The notes below the pieces were generated by a model, which saw nothing but the letters and a program-made list of their open reading frames with translations, ran no database searches and had not been told where the DNA came from. Positions 1-7,398 of a stretch of 64,000 nucleotides of DNA are shown here, in pieces. A program made the translations under genes and the position numbers. The stretch comes from a virus (lineage: Duplodnaviria; Caudoviricetes). How positions within the stretch are numbered: the stretch's first letter is position 1; each line of letters begins with the position of its first letter. Where the stretch lies: the IMG/VR virus record IMGVR_UViG_3300010356_002264, one strand, 5' to 3'.

Positions 1-2
1 CA

Positions 3-341
3 CTGCCGCCGCCTTCGGCGTCGTTGTTCGTGGAGGACTCGATCAACCCGGACGACCCAGACCAGGACATGACCCTGCTGCCCATGATGGTCAAGAGTCC
101 CAACGCGGTGCGAGAGGCTCAGTGGTCGCTGTACGCGCTCAGCCCAAGAGCCCGCGCGAACGTGATCCCCCTGCTGCCGCTAGCGGCCGAGATCGTAGAC
201 ACTACGATCACCGTGTACAACGCCGGCCGCCCGGACCTGCGTGGTACGGTGAGTGGTATAGAACGCACCGCCCAGACTGCATCGGGCGAGATGATGTCAC
301 AGCACGACGACGAGGAACCCCCATGGAACGACCTACCTTGA
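3..341 (+). CDS. hypothetical protein, 5'-truncated by window edge
   Basis: Frame open from the window start to TGA 339-341; GC3-rich codons; overlaps the next start. Confidence 0.6.
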   Translation: MPPPSASLFVEDSINPDDPDQDMTLLPMMVKSPNAVREAQWSLYALSPRARANVIPLLPLAAEIVDTTITVYNAGRPDLRGTVSGIERTAQTASGEMMSQHDDEEPPWNDLP

Positions 342-766
342 ATCGACCCCCTCACGCGAGGGAGTCCCAGATCCTGTCGAACATGCGCGAGCGGGGACTG
401 TCGCTTCCGCTCAAGGGCGCGGAGGCGGAGGCTCAGACCCAAGCGACCTCCACCCTCCCTGCGGCGAAGGTCCCGCCCACGACCCCCCTGGGGGTCGTGT
501 CTGCTTCGTCGAAGCCCGTACCGGCGCGGCCACCCGTACCTTTGGCGCCGGTGGTCGCACCGGCACCGGCACCCGCGCCCGCACCCGCGCCCGCACCCGC
601 GCCTGTACCGGTGGTTGCGTCTGCACCAGCACCGGTGGCCGCGCCGGTCGCGCCGGTCGTGACGCCCGAGTCGCCTCCGACCAAGGAGGACGTGGAGACG
701 TCCACCGAGGATGCACCCTCCAAGAAGCCCGTGTCTTCGACCAAGAAGGAGGGGCGTCGTGGATAA
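323..766 (+). CDS. Pro/Ala-rich low-complexity protein
   Basis: ATG 323 after GAGGA; contains an (AP)n tract and a basic C-terminus. Confidence 0.65.
   Translation: MERPTLNRPPHARESQILSNMRERGLSLPLKGAEAEAQTQATSTLPAAKVPPTTPLGVVSASSKPVPARPPVPLAPVVAPAPAPAPAPAPAPAPVPVVASAPAPVAAPVAPVVTPESPPTKEDVETSTEDAPSKKPVSSTKKEGRRG
553..660 (+). repeat. coding microrepeat (GCACCC/GCGCCC/GCACCG) encoding an (AP)n linker
   Basis: Tandem 6-mers visible at about 558-603, with a degenerate continuation. Confidence 0.8.
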
Positions 767-1286
767 CGGCACGAACCCGTTTGGCGGGGGGAACCCGAGC
801 GGCCTGTACGTACCTCTCACGGACGACGAGCGCGACGCGATCGACCGCGCCCGCGATCGTGGAGTGCTGGTCAAGGTCCGTGGGCTCGGGGTGTTCCCGG
901 CAACGACCCTGGTCGTTGGGGACCATCGCGTGTCGGTGGGGTTCGTCGTCAAGACGGACGTGCCCAGGACCCTCTCCGAGTTCTCGCACTCCGTCGAGAC
1001 GGAGGACGGGATCGTGCTCGCCTCTGAGACGATTCCCTGCCTCCAGCAGGGAAGGCCGCTACACCTCCAGCCAGGTGAGGAGGTCGAGATGGAGATCCAC
1101 ATCTCCCTCACGCACCTGGACCCGAAGCTGCTGCGGTGTCTTCGGCCGATGGCCACGGGGCTCACCTCGCGGCGCATCGACCGCGACACCGGGGACTTCA
1201 GCTTCGCGGGCAACATGAAGAACCTGAGCGAGGAGCAGCGCAAGCTCCTCCGCATCCTCATGCCCGACTCCGCAGGAGCGAGGTAG
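759..1286 (+). CDS. hypothetical protein
   Basis: GTG 759 after AAGGAGGGG; overlaps the upstream stop; typical codon bias. Confidence 0.7.
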   Translation: MDNGTNPFGGGNPSGLYVPLTDDERDAIDRARDRGVLVKVRGLGVFPATTLVVGDHRVSVGFVVKTDVPRTLSEFSHSVETEDGIVLASETIPCLQQGRPLHLQPGEEVEMEIHISLTHLDPKLLRCLRPMATGLTSRRIDRDTGDFSFAGNMKNLSEEQRKLLRILMPDSAGAR

Positions 1287-1290
1287 CCCG

Positions 1291-1818
1291 TTGAGCCTGC
1301 CGAGCCAGATCCTGGACTTCATGCGGGACGAGCCCGCCTCGCGTGGCGAGGCGGCGGTCGTGCGGGTCGGGAACCGTGTGCTCGAGCGGGCGTCGCGGGC
1401 GGCAGACCGCGCGTTCCTGGAGAGCCAGAAGATCGACCTCCAGGCGGGCCTTCCGGCCGGGTCCACGGCGGCACGCGTGGTGGGAGAGGCGGCGCGCTGG
1501 GACTTCCTTCCTGCGTCAGACAAGCGATTCCTGCGGGTCTCGCGCCTTCTGGTGACGCGACGAGGCAAGACCCTCTCGATGCTGCGCGAGAACGGGACAG
1601 GAATGGCGGCGGACACTTTGGTCGCGGAGCTCGCCCGAGAGGTTACGAGGCAGGTGCGCGCAGCCGTCGTGCTATCGCTGCGCGTCACCGCGGACAAGAT
1701 CGGCCGCGCACCGCTCGATGTGGGGCGGAGAGTCATGCGGCTCGCTCGCGAGCACCCGAACCTGCTGCGGGACGCGGACCTCACCTGGGAGGTCCTTTCT
1801 GCGGTTTTGGGGAAGTAG
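1291..1818 (+). CDS. hypothetical protein
   Basis: Starts 4 nt after the previous stop; 175 aa, helical-looking. Confidence 0.65.
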   Translation: MSLPSQILDFMRDEPASRGEAAVVRVGNRVLERASRAADRAFLESQKIDLQAGLPAGSTAARVVGEAARWDFLPASDKRFLRVSRLLVTRRGKTLSMLRENGTGMAADTLVAELAREVTRQVRAAVVLSLRVTADKIGRAPLDVGRRVMRLAREHPNLLRDADLTWEVLSAVLGK

Positions 1819-1820
1819 TT

Positions 1821-1856
1821 CAGCTCCGTCCTGCCCTCTTGCGGGTAGACGCTGGT
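1821..1856 (+). promoter_or_regulatory. promoter with both CAGCTC (1821-1826) and GGGTA (1843-1847); predicted +1 at G1857
   Basis: Same geometry as the element in front of ATG 15222; both motifs independently predict +1 at 1857. Confidence 0.7.
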
Positions 1857-2185
1857 GGGTCGGGTTCGCGGCGTGGCAACATGACACGCGGCCCTCACAG
1901 TACCTGAGGGAACGGGCGAACAGGACGAGGCAGCGTCCAGGATAGGCAGGGAGACGGCACCGACGTACACGCGGAGCAACAGGGAAGCCGTATCGGGAGT
2001 CCGTCGAGGGTGGTGAATAGCCACCCGGGTGGCGCACCTGAATCGACAGGAAGAGCGGGGCTGGAATCGACCAGTGATGCGGGTTGGGCAGGACCCTGGG
2101 AGCCCAACCGAATAAGGAAAGCCGCTCACAAAACGTACGGCCACCACGAGCCAAGCCGGGGCAGGACCGGCCGAACCCGACCCAC
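1857..2185 (+). ncRNA. putative novel structured ncRNA (~330 nt), GGA-rich, upstream of rtcB
   Basis: Perfect 14-bp pairing 1855-1868/2172-2185 closes about 10 mutually compatible helices; 13 GGA motifs; no credible ORF; bounded by two promoter motifs. Confidence 0.75.
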
Positions 2186-2186
2186 T

Positions 2187-2222
2187 CAGCTCCAAAATTC
2201 GGCACCCTTTCGACCATCTCCA
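2187..2222 (+). promoter_or_regulatory. CAGCTC-N18-CGAC promoter for rtcB; predicted +1 at 2223, leader GAAAGGGA
   Basis: CAGCTC 2187-2192, CGAC 2211-2214, then an SD-like AAAGGGA and ATG 2237. Confidence 0.7.
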
Positions 2223-2236
2223 GAAAGGGATCCATC

Positions 2237-3652
2237 ATGTCGTTCAAGTACCAGGTCGAGCAGGTCGGCCCGAGCAAGTTCGTTCTCCCGCGCGTAGGGA
2301 CCATGCGGTGCGATGTCACGGCGTTCCTGTCGCCCGAGCTCTACGCGGCCTCCGAGGAGGACATGTGGGCGGACGCGGCGAAGTCTGCGTCTACGCCGGG
2401 CGCGATCGGGATGTACCTCCAGCCCGACTGCCACAAGGGGTACGTCCTCCCCGTGGGAGGGGTGCTCGTGACCGACGGTGTGGTGGCGCAGGCGGGCAGC
2501 GGGTACGACATCTCCTGCGGCGTCGTGTACCTCCGGGTACCGAACCTGCACGCGCGGGACGTCGCCGACTGGGCGCTCCGCGAGCGCTGGGTGCGGGCGG
2601 TCTCGGACCGCGTGGCGCTTGGCTACGACAAGGGAGGGAACCGACCGCGCCTCATGCGGTCGCCCTCGGATCGCAAGGTCAGCGAGGTCCTGCGCTACGG
2701 GGCGAAGGCGGTCGGAGGAAACCTCGACCTCTGCGAGCGCCCCTACATCCCCATCGACGACAACCTGTTCGACGAGAAGCTCATCCCCAAGGCGCTCTCG
2801 AAGGCGGCACCGCAGCTTGGGTCCGTCGGCGGGGGAAACCACTTCGTCGAGCTCCAGGTCGAGCGGTCGACCGGCGAGGTGTGGGTGATGGTTCACTGCG
2901 GGTCGCGCGGCTTCGGCTGGCAGGCGGCCGACTACTTCTTCGACCGTGGGGCGGAGCTAAACGACCTCCCGCGCGGGCGCAAGGAGGAGTCGTGCCTGCG
3001 GCTGGACTCGGAGCTTGGTCGCCTGTACTGGCAGTGGCATAACGCGGCGGCGAACTTCGCCGTCGCGAACCGTCACGTCATCGCGGCTGGCGTCGCGGAG
3101 GCGACCGAGGAGGTCCTCGGTGCGCGTCCCGAGCTCTTCTACGAGATCAGCCACAACCTGGTCCAGGAGGAGACCCTCGTGCTTCCTGACGGCACCACGA
3201 AGAAGGGGCTCGTCCACCGCAAGGGCTCGACCCGCGCGTTCCCGGCGGGGCACCCGGACCTGGTGGGGACCAAGTGGGCCAAGACCGGCCACCCGTGCCT
3301 CATCCCTGGGTCGATGCTGACCGGCGCGGCGATCCTGTGGCCGCAGGAGGGGGCGTACCAGTCGGGCTGCTCGGTGAACCACGGGTCGGGGCGCGTGATG
3401 GGCCGCAACGCGGCCAAGCGCGAGCTCGCGGCGCTGCACGACGACATCGACCACGAGATGCGGACGATCCGCCGCGAGGCGGGTGGCGCGGAGGTCGTGG
3501 GGATCGTCGGGAACTGCGAGCGGACCCCGCTCGACGAGTGTGGTCATGTTTATAAGGATTTGGACGTAGTGCTCAAGGTGCTGGAGGACAACGGCATCGC
3601 GCGCCTGGCACACCGTTTGTGGCCTGTGGCCAACTTGAAGGGAAGCGACTAG
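2237..3652 (+). CDS. rtcB: RNA-splicing/repair ligase RtcB (3'-phosphate or cyclic phosphate to 5'-OH)
   Basis: Motifs PDCHKGYVLPVGG, GYDISCG, QLGSVGGGNHFVE, VHCGSRGFG, SHN, HRKGSTRA, IPGSM, NHGSGR, DE...YKD. Confidence 0.97.
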   Translation: MSFKYQVEQVGPSKFVLPRVGTMRCDVTAFLSPELYAASEEDMWADAAKSASTPGAIGMYLQPDCHKGYVLPVGGVLVTDGVVAQAGSGYDISCGVVYLRVPNLHARDVADWALRERWVRAVSDRVALGYDKGGNRPRLMRSPSDRKVSEVLRYGAKAVGGNLDLCERPYIPIDDNLFDEKLIPKALSKAAPQLGSVGGGNHFVELQVERSTGEVWVMVHCGSRGFGWQAADYFFDRGAELNDLPRGRKEESCLRLDSELGRLYWQWHNAAANFAVANRHVIAAGVAEATEEVLGARPELFYEISHNLVQEETLVLPDGTTKKGLVHRKGSTRAFPAGHPDLVGTKWAKTGHPCLIPGSMLTGAAILWPQEGAYQSGCSVNHGSGRVMGRNAAKRELAALHDDIDHEMRTIRREAGGAEVVGIVGNCERTPLDECGHVYKDLDVVLKVLEDNGIARLAHRLWPVANLKGSD

Positions 3653-4725
3653 CGGTGCTCGCACTCGCCCCGGACGCAGTTCGGGGTGTAGTGCTGGGTC
3701 CAGTGGTCGGGGGAGGTCACCCCGAGGACGCGGCACTTGAGGACGGCGCGCGGGAAGTCGGTGAGGCGGAACGGGCCGAGGGGGCGCACCACGTACCCCT
3801 CGGACGGGTCCTGGCTCCCGGACCGCCGTGCCCCGCGCAGTGCCGCCTGGGTCGTGAGGCCCCGCAGGATGGCCTCGTCGAACGGTCCCCGGTATAGCTC
3901 GGGGATGGGCTGTAGGCCGAGCAGCCGCGCGTAGAGCGCGGTCTCGTCCCACCCGAGCGCCTGGTCTCGGTCCCAGACGGAGAAGACGAAGAAGCGGTCC
4001 GGCGTCCCGTCGTCGGCGCACAGGTCGTGGTACTCGACCGAGTGGAGGGCGTCGACGTTCTCCCCGCACACGCGGAACTCCGGTGGGATGTCGCGCCACA
4101 GGGAGGCGTGGCGCGCGCGCATGCGGGACCGGCTCGGATGACGCGCGTACCCGTCGATCGACCGCGCGTGCAGGTAGTCCGCCTCGGGGCCGAGGGTGGT
4201 GTTCTCGCCGTCGAGCTTCTCCAGCACGACCACCTCCCGCGCCCGGAGCCAGTCGAGGTCCTGCGGACGCACGAACCGGTCGTCGGCGTCCGCGCACGGC
4301 GACCACGGCAGGTGCAGGGTTCGGGGAGGCTTCACCCGCGAGGTGAACTCGTGCCACACGGGCTGGAGGATGCGTCGCACGCTGTCCTCGAAGCCGAGCG
4401 GGCCCAGCGCTCGGCGGCCGTTCGGTAGGTAGGGGTTGCCCCACTTGTCGATGACGGCCTCCGCGTGAAGGTAGTCGGGCACACGCACCGTCTGGATGCG
4501 TGCGGCCTCGCGCACCTGCTCGACCGTCACCTCGGTGCGCTCGCAGCGGAGGTGACAGGGCCCGCACACGGTCGCTCCGTTGTCGAGGTAGTACCCTCCG
4601 TCGGGCCACAGGCGACGGTCTAGGATGTGGTGGGCGTCCTGGCCGGGGTTCCCGCACAGGACGCACCGGCTGCGGTCGCGCGCGAACACCCTCTCGCGAA
4701 AAGCATCTCGGGTGAGGAGGGTCAT
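3649..4725 (-). CDS. HNH endonuclease-like domain fused to an ATP-dependent RNA ligase (Rnl2-like nucleotidyltransferase)
   Basis: N-terminal RD..RCVLC...DAHHI...DNGATVCGPCH; C-terminal PRTLHLPWS, motif I EKLDGEN, RVCGEN, FFVFSVW, EGYVV. Start fixed by CAGCTC 36 nt upstream. Confidence 0.88.
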   Translation of the reverse strand: MTLLTRDAFRERVFARDRSRCVLCGNPGQDAHHILDRRLWPDGGYYLDNGATVCGPCHLRCERTEVTVEQVREAARIQTVRVPDYLHAEAVIDKWGNPYLPNGRRALGPLGFEDSVRRILQPVWHEFTSRVKPPRTLHLPWSPCADADDRFVRPQDLDWLRAREVVVLEKLDGENTTLGPEADYLHARSIDGYARHPSRSRMRARHASLWRDIPPEFRVCGENVDALHSVEYHDLCADDGTPDRFFVFSVWDRDQALGWDETALYARLLGLQPIPELYRGPFDEAILRGLTTQAALRGARRSGSQDPSEGYVVRPLGPFRLTDFPRAVLKCRVLGVTSPDHWTQHYTPNCVRGECEHR

Positions 4726-4761
4726 GCGGAAGGGCATCTCGACGCGCTGGAGGGCGAGCTG
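4726..4761 (-). promoter_or_regulatory. CAGCTC-class promoter of the HNH-ligase gene (leaderless)
   Basis: GAGCTG 4756-4761 on the + strand; 36 nt to ATG 4725. Confidence 0.65.
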
Positions 4762-4764
4762 TCC

Positions 4765-4778
4765 GGGTAAGACCTCCC
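4765..4778 (+). promoter_or_regulatory. GGGTA-class -10-like element of the replication operon
   Basis: GGGTA 4765-4769, 9 nt before ATG 4779; no SD. Confidence 0.6.
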
Positions 4779-6440
4779 ATGGCTGACGCCCCAGACCTGA
4801 TCGCACTCGCCCGGAGCCTCGCCCGCATGCGCGAGATCCGCCGAGACAAGAGCTTCATCCTCAAGAAGAGCAGCCTGCTGCGGGACGAAGTCGAGGTCCC
4901 CGGCGTGGGGAAGGTTCCTTTCCAGCTCCGTCCCTACCAGCAGCAGATGGTCTTTCACCTCATCCTCATGCCCAGGTTTGTCGTGGGAGAAGACACCGGC
5001 TGCGGCAAGACGATCGAGGTGATCGGGGCGCTCGCCCACCTGTGGGAGAAGAACCCCACGATGCGGGTCCTCGTTGTGGGCACCAAGAGCCTGGCCTCCC
5101 AGTGGGAAGAGGAGCTCCGGCGATTCTTCCGCGAGGTGAACGTGTTCGTTGCGGCCGGCGAGGTCGAGAAGCGCCGGAAGGTGCGTGAGGCGTTCCTCAA
5201 GTGCGACCGCTACCCGGTGCTCGTCTACACGTACGGGTCGATCGCCAGGGACTTCACGGACCTTCAGGAGTGGAGCGGGCACCTGCTCGTCGCAGACGAG
5301 GCCACGGTCTTCAAGGAGCCCAAGACCCAGATCCACCAGGTCATGGGTCACCTCGGCGCGACCGCGTCGCGCGCCTGGGCGCTGACCGCCACGCTCCTCA
5401 AGAACAACCTCGTCGAGGGGTACGGGATCTTCAGGGTCATCGTGCCGGGCGTCTTTCCGGCCTCGCCGTCGACCTTCATTAAGAGCTACTGCCTCACGCA
5501 GTTGCGCCTGGTGGCGCGCGGCCGGCGCGTGCCCCAGATCATCGGGTACGCGCCCGACCAGATCGAAGCGTACCGGGAAGCGATCGAGCCCTACTACCTG
5601 GGCCGGTCCAAGCGAGACGTGGCCAGCGACCTACCCAAGGTGCTCCCGCCGGTCGAGATCCCCGTGTCGCTGTCGCCAGCGGAGTGGTCCCTCTACCGGG
5701 ACGCGCAGGCGGGGCTCCTTCAGGTGGGGGAGAAGAAGGACGACGGCACGACCCAGACCAAGATGTCCGCGCTGCTGCGCTGCCAGCAGGTCGTCAATCA
5801 CGCTGGCCTGGTCGAGGTCGCCGACGTGCCATCCTCGAAGCTGTCGGTACTCGTGGACCTGCTCACCTCGGGAGACTACGCGGACCAGCAGGTCATCGTC
5901 TACAGCCGGTTCCGCACCCTCATCGTCAACCACATCGAGCCGGCGCTCCGGGCCCAGCACGTCACGGTGACCCGCGTGACGGGCGGGGAGAATGACGCAC
6001 AGCGTGCGCAGGCGCGTGCGGACTTCCAGGAGGGCCGAGCGCGCGTCATCCTCCTCACCTCGGCCGGTGGTGAGGGGATCAACCTCCAGGCCGCGAGCGC
6101 CATCGTGTTCTACGACACCCCCTGGTCGGCCGGCGACTACGTCCAGATCCTTGGCCGCATGGTGCGCATCGGCAGCGCGCACGAGCGCGCCGTCACCCTT
6201 CACCTAGTGGCCAAGCCGCCCGGGGGATCACGGGCGCAGAAGACGATCGACGACTACACCCTCCAGGTGTTGCGCGGGAAGCTGGCGCTCTTCGAGAAGG
6301 TGCTAGACCGCAAGGTATTCGACGATCCGACGGGTCCCGTGGCTCCCGTCGACCCCAGCGCGTCGATGGAGGGAGAGATCGACACGATCTTCGACATGCT
6401 GCGGGGCGAACAGGGTAGGAGCACGCATGAGCAACAGTAA
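4779..6440 (+). CDS. SNF2-family (SF2) helicase
   Basis: LRPYQ, DTGCGKT, LVADEAT, LTAT, KL..LVDLL, VIVYSRF, GGEGINLQAA, QILGRMVRIG. Confidence 0.93.
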   Translation: MADAPDLIALARSLARMREIRRDKSFILKKSSLLRDEVEVPGVGKVPFQLRPYQQQMVFHLILMPRFVVGEDTGCGKTIEVIGALAHLWEKNPTMRVLVVGTKSLASQWEEELRRFFREVNVFVAAGEVEKRRKVREAFLKCDRYPVLVYTYGSIARDFTDLQEWSGHLLVADEATVFKEPKTQIHQVMGHLGATASRAWALTATLLKNNLVEGYGIFRVIVPGVFPASPSTFIKSYCLTQLRLVARGRRVPQIIGYAPDQIEAYREAIEPYYLGRSKRDVASDLPKVLPPVEIPVSLSPAEWSLYRDAQAGLLQVGEKKDDGTTQTKMSALLRCQQVVNHAGLVEVADVPSSKLSVLVDLLTSGDYADQQVIVYSRFRTLIVNHIEPALRAQHVTVTRVTGGENDAQRAQARADFQEGRARVILLTSAGGEGINLQAASAIVFYDTPWSAGDYVQILGRMVRIGSAHERAVTLHLVAKPPGGSRAQKTIDDYTLQVLRGKLALFEKVLDRKVFDDPTGPVAPVDPSASMEGEIDTIFDMLRGEQGRSTHEQQ

Positions 6441-7398
6441 CGTGCCCACCCGGCTGCCAGGAGACGGCGAGCCTGACTGCCCCAAGTGTCGCGGGAGCGG
6501 GTCCGTGCAGAAGGTCTACACGCCGGCTGAGCTCAAGGCACTCCCGCCCTACATAATCCCATCGACCCACTTCGACACCTGCGTCTGCACCAGGGCGCGG
6601 CGCGAGCGTGAGGCCCTGGAGCGCGTGTGGCGCGGGTACTCGGGCTTCGAGCCCATCGACCGAACGCCGCTCGTCAAGTACGCGCAGCAGGACGTGCTCG
6701 TGAGCGCCTCATCCCCAACGCTACGGACCCACCTGGCCCGCGTCCTGCACCAGGTGCCCAGCCTGCTCCGCTCGACCCGCGTGGTGTCCGACCTCGACCT
6801 GGTGAGCGCGTGGCTCGCGACGGCGGGCCTCGACGTGCTTGACCCGGAGGTCGCGGGCCACACGCGTGACGCGGAGGACGCCTACCTGCGTCTGGTAGAC
6901 CTGGTGGCTCCGCCCTCCCTACTCGTCCTTCGGCTCGGGGTCAAAGCGGCGCGCAACGTCGCCGTTCCCGAGGTCATCCTGGAAGCCCTCCAGTGCCGTG
7001 CGCATCGAGGGCGACCAACCTGGGTCGTCGAGGACCCTTATGTGCCCTTTACCACGGGGGCAATCTTCTGGAGCCCCCAGCTCGTCGCCCACATGGCTCC
7101 GTGGGACCGCGTGGGGATAGACGGGAGTCACGCAGTCGAGGAGTGCGTGGCCTCCCTGGACGGGCTACTCCGAGCGACCGGTCCCGCCGAGCCCGAACCC
7201 CTTCCGCGCGCGCGGCCCGAGAGACAACCCCCCAGGATAGAGGTCATTCCAGCCACGGAGGAGGGGATGCTTCCTGGCGGGATGTCGATCGACAAGAAGG
7301 CACCGAAGAAGGGTGCGGGTAGTAGGAAGTCCTCGTTCGGGGGCGGGAGAAAGCCCTCGTTCGGCGGTGGAAGGATCCGAGAAGTCGATGAAACCTGA
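6427..7398 (+). CDS. putative helicase loader (DnaC/DnaI-like: N-terminal Zn finger plus degenerate AAA+ domain)
   Basis: CPKCRGSG...CVC; later LLVLRLG...EVILEALQCR..RGRPTWV resembles the DnaC/IstB C-terminus; directly upstream of dnaB; no intact Walker A. Confidence 0.55.
   Translation: MSNSNVPTRLPGDGEPDCPKCRGSGSVQKVYTPAELKALPPYIIPSTHFDTCVCTRARREREALERVWRGYSGFEPIDRTPLVKYAQQDVLVSASSPTLRTHLARVLHQVPSLLRSTRVVSDLDLVSAWLATAGLDVLDPEVAGHTRDAEDAYLRLVDLVAPPSLLVLRLGVKAARNVAVPEVILEALQCRAHRGRPTWVVEDPYVPFTTGAIFWSPQLVAHMAPWDRVGIDGSHAVEECVASLDGLLRATGPAEPEPLPRARPERQPPRIEVIPATEEGMLPGGMSIDKKAPKKGAGSRKSSFGGGRKPSFGGGRIREVDET

Noticed and set aside
1986-2185. Group II intron domain V resemblance (AGCCGTAT...ACGTACGGC)
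   Set aside because: The two strands are about 140 nt apart, there is no GUGYG 5' end, no room for domains I-IV, no RT and no interrupted gene. Kept only as a helix of the ncRNA.
1857-2185. RNase P, SRP or 6S RNA identity for the ncRNA
   Set aside because: No GAGGAAAGUCC/P4 signature, no SRP domain IV motif, and a multibranch rather than rod-like fold.
2057-2194. tmRNA/tRNA-Ala-like acceptor stem: GGGGCTG (2057-2063) with CAGCTCCA (2187-2194), including a G3-U70-like pair
   Set aside because: No T-arm before the 3' strand, no CCA, and too short for tmRNA. CAGCTC is explained as the rtcB promoter element.
1672-2319. ORFs across the ncRNA (1672..2319 -, 2010..2297 +) and the 2084 extension of rtcB
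   Set aside because: No codon bias or recognisable motifs. The rtcB promoter and SD point to ATG 2237.
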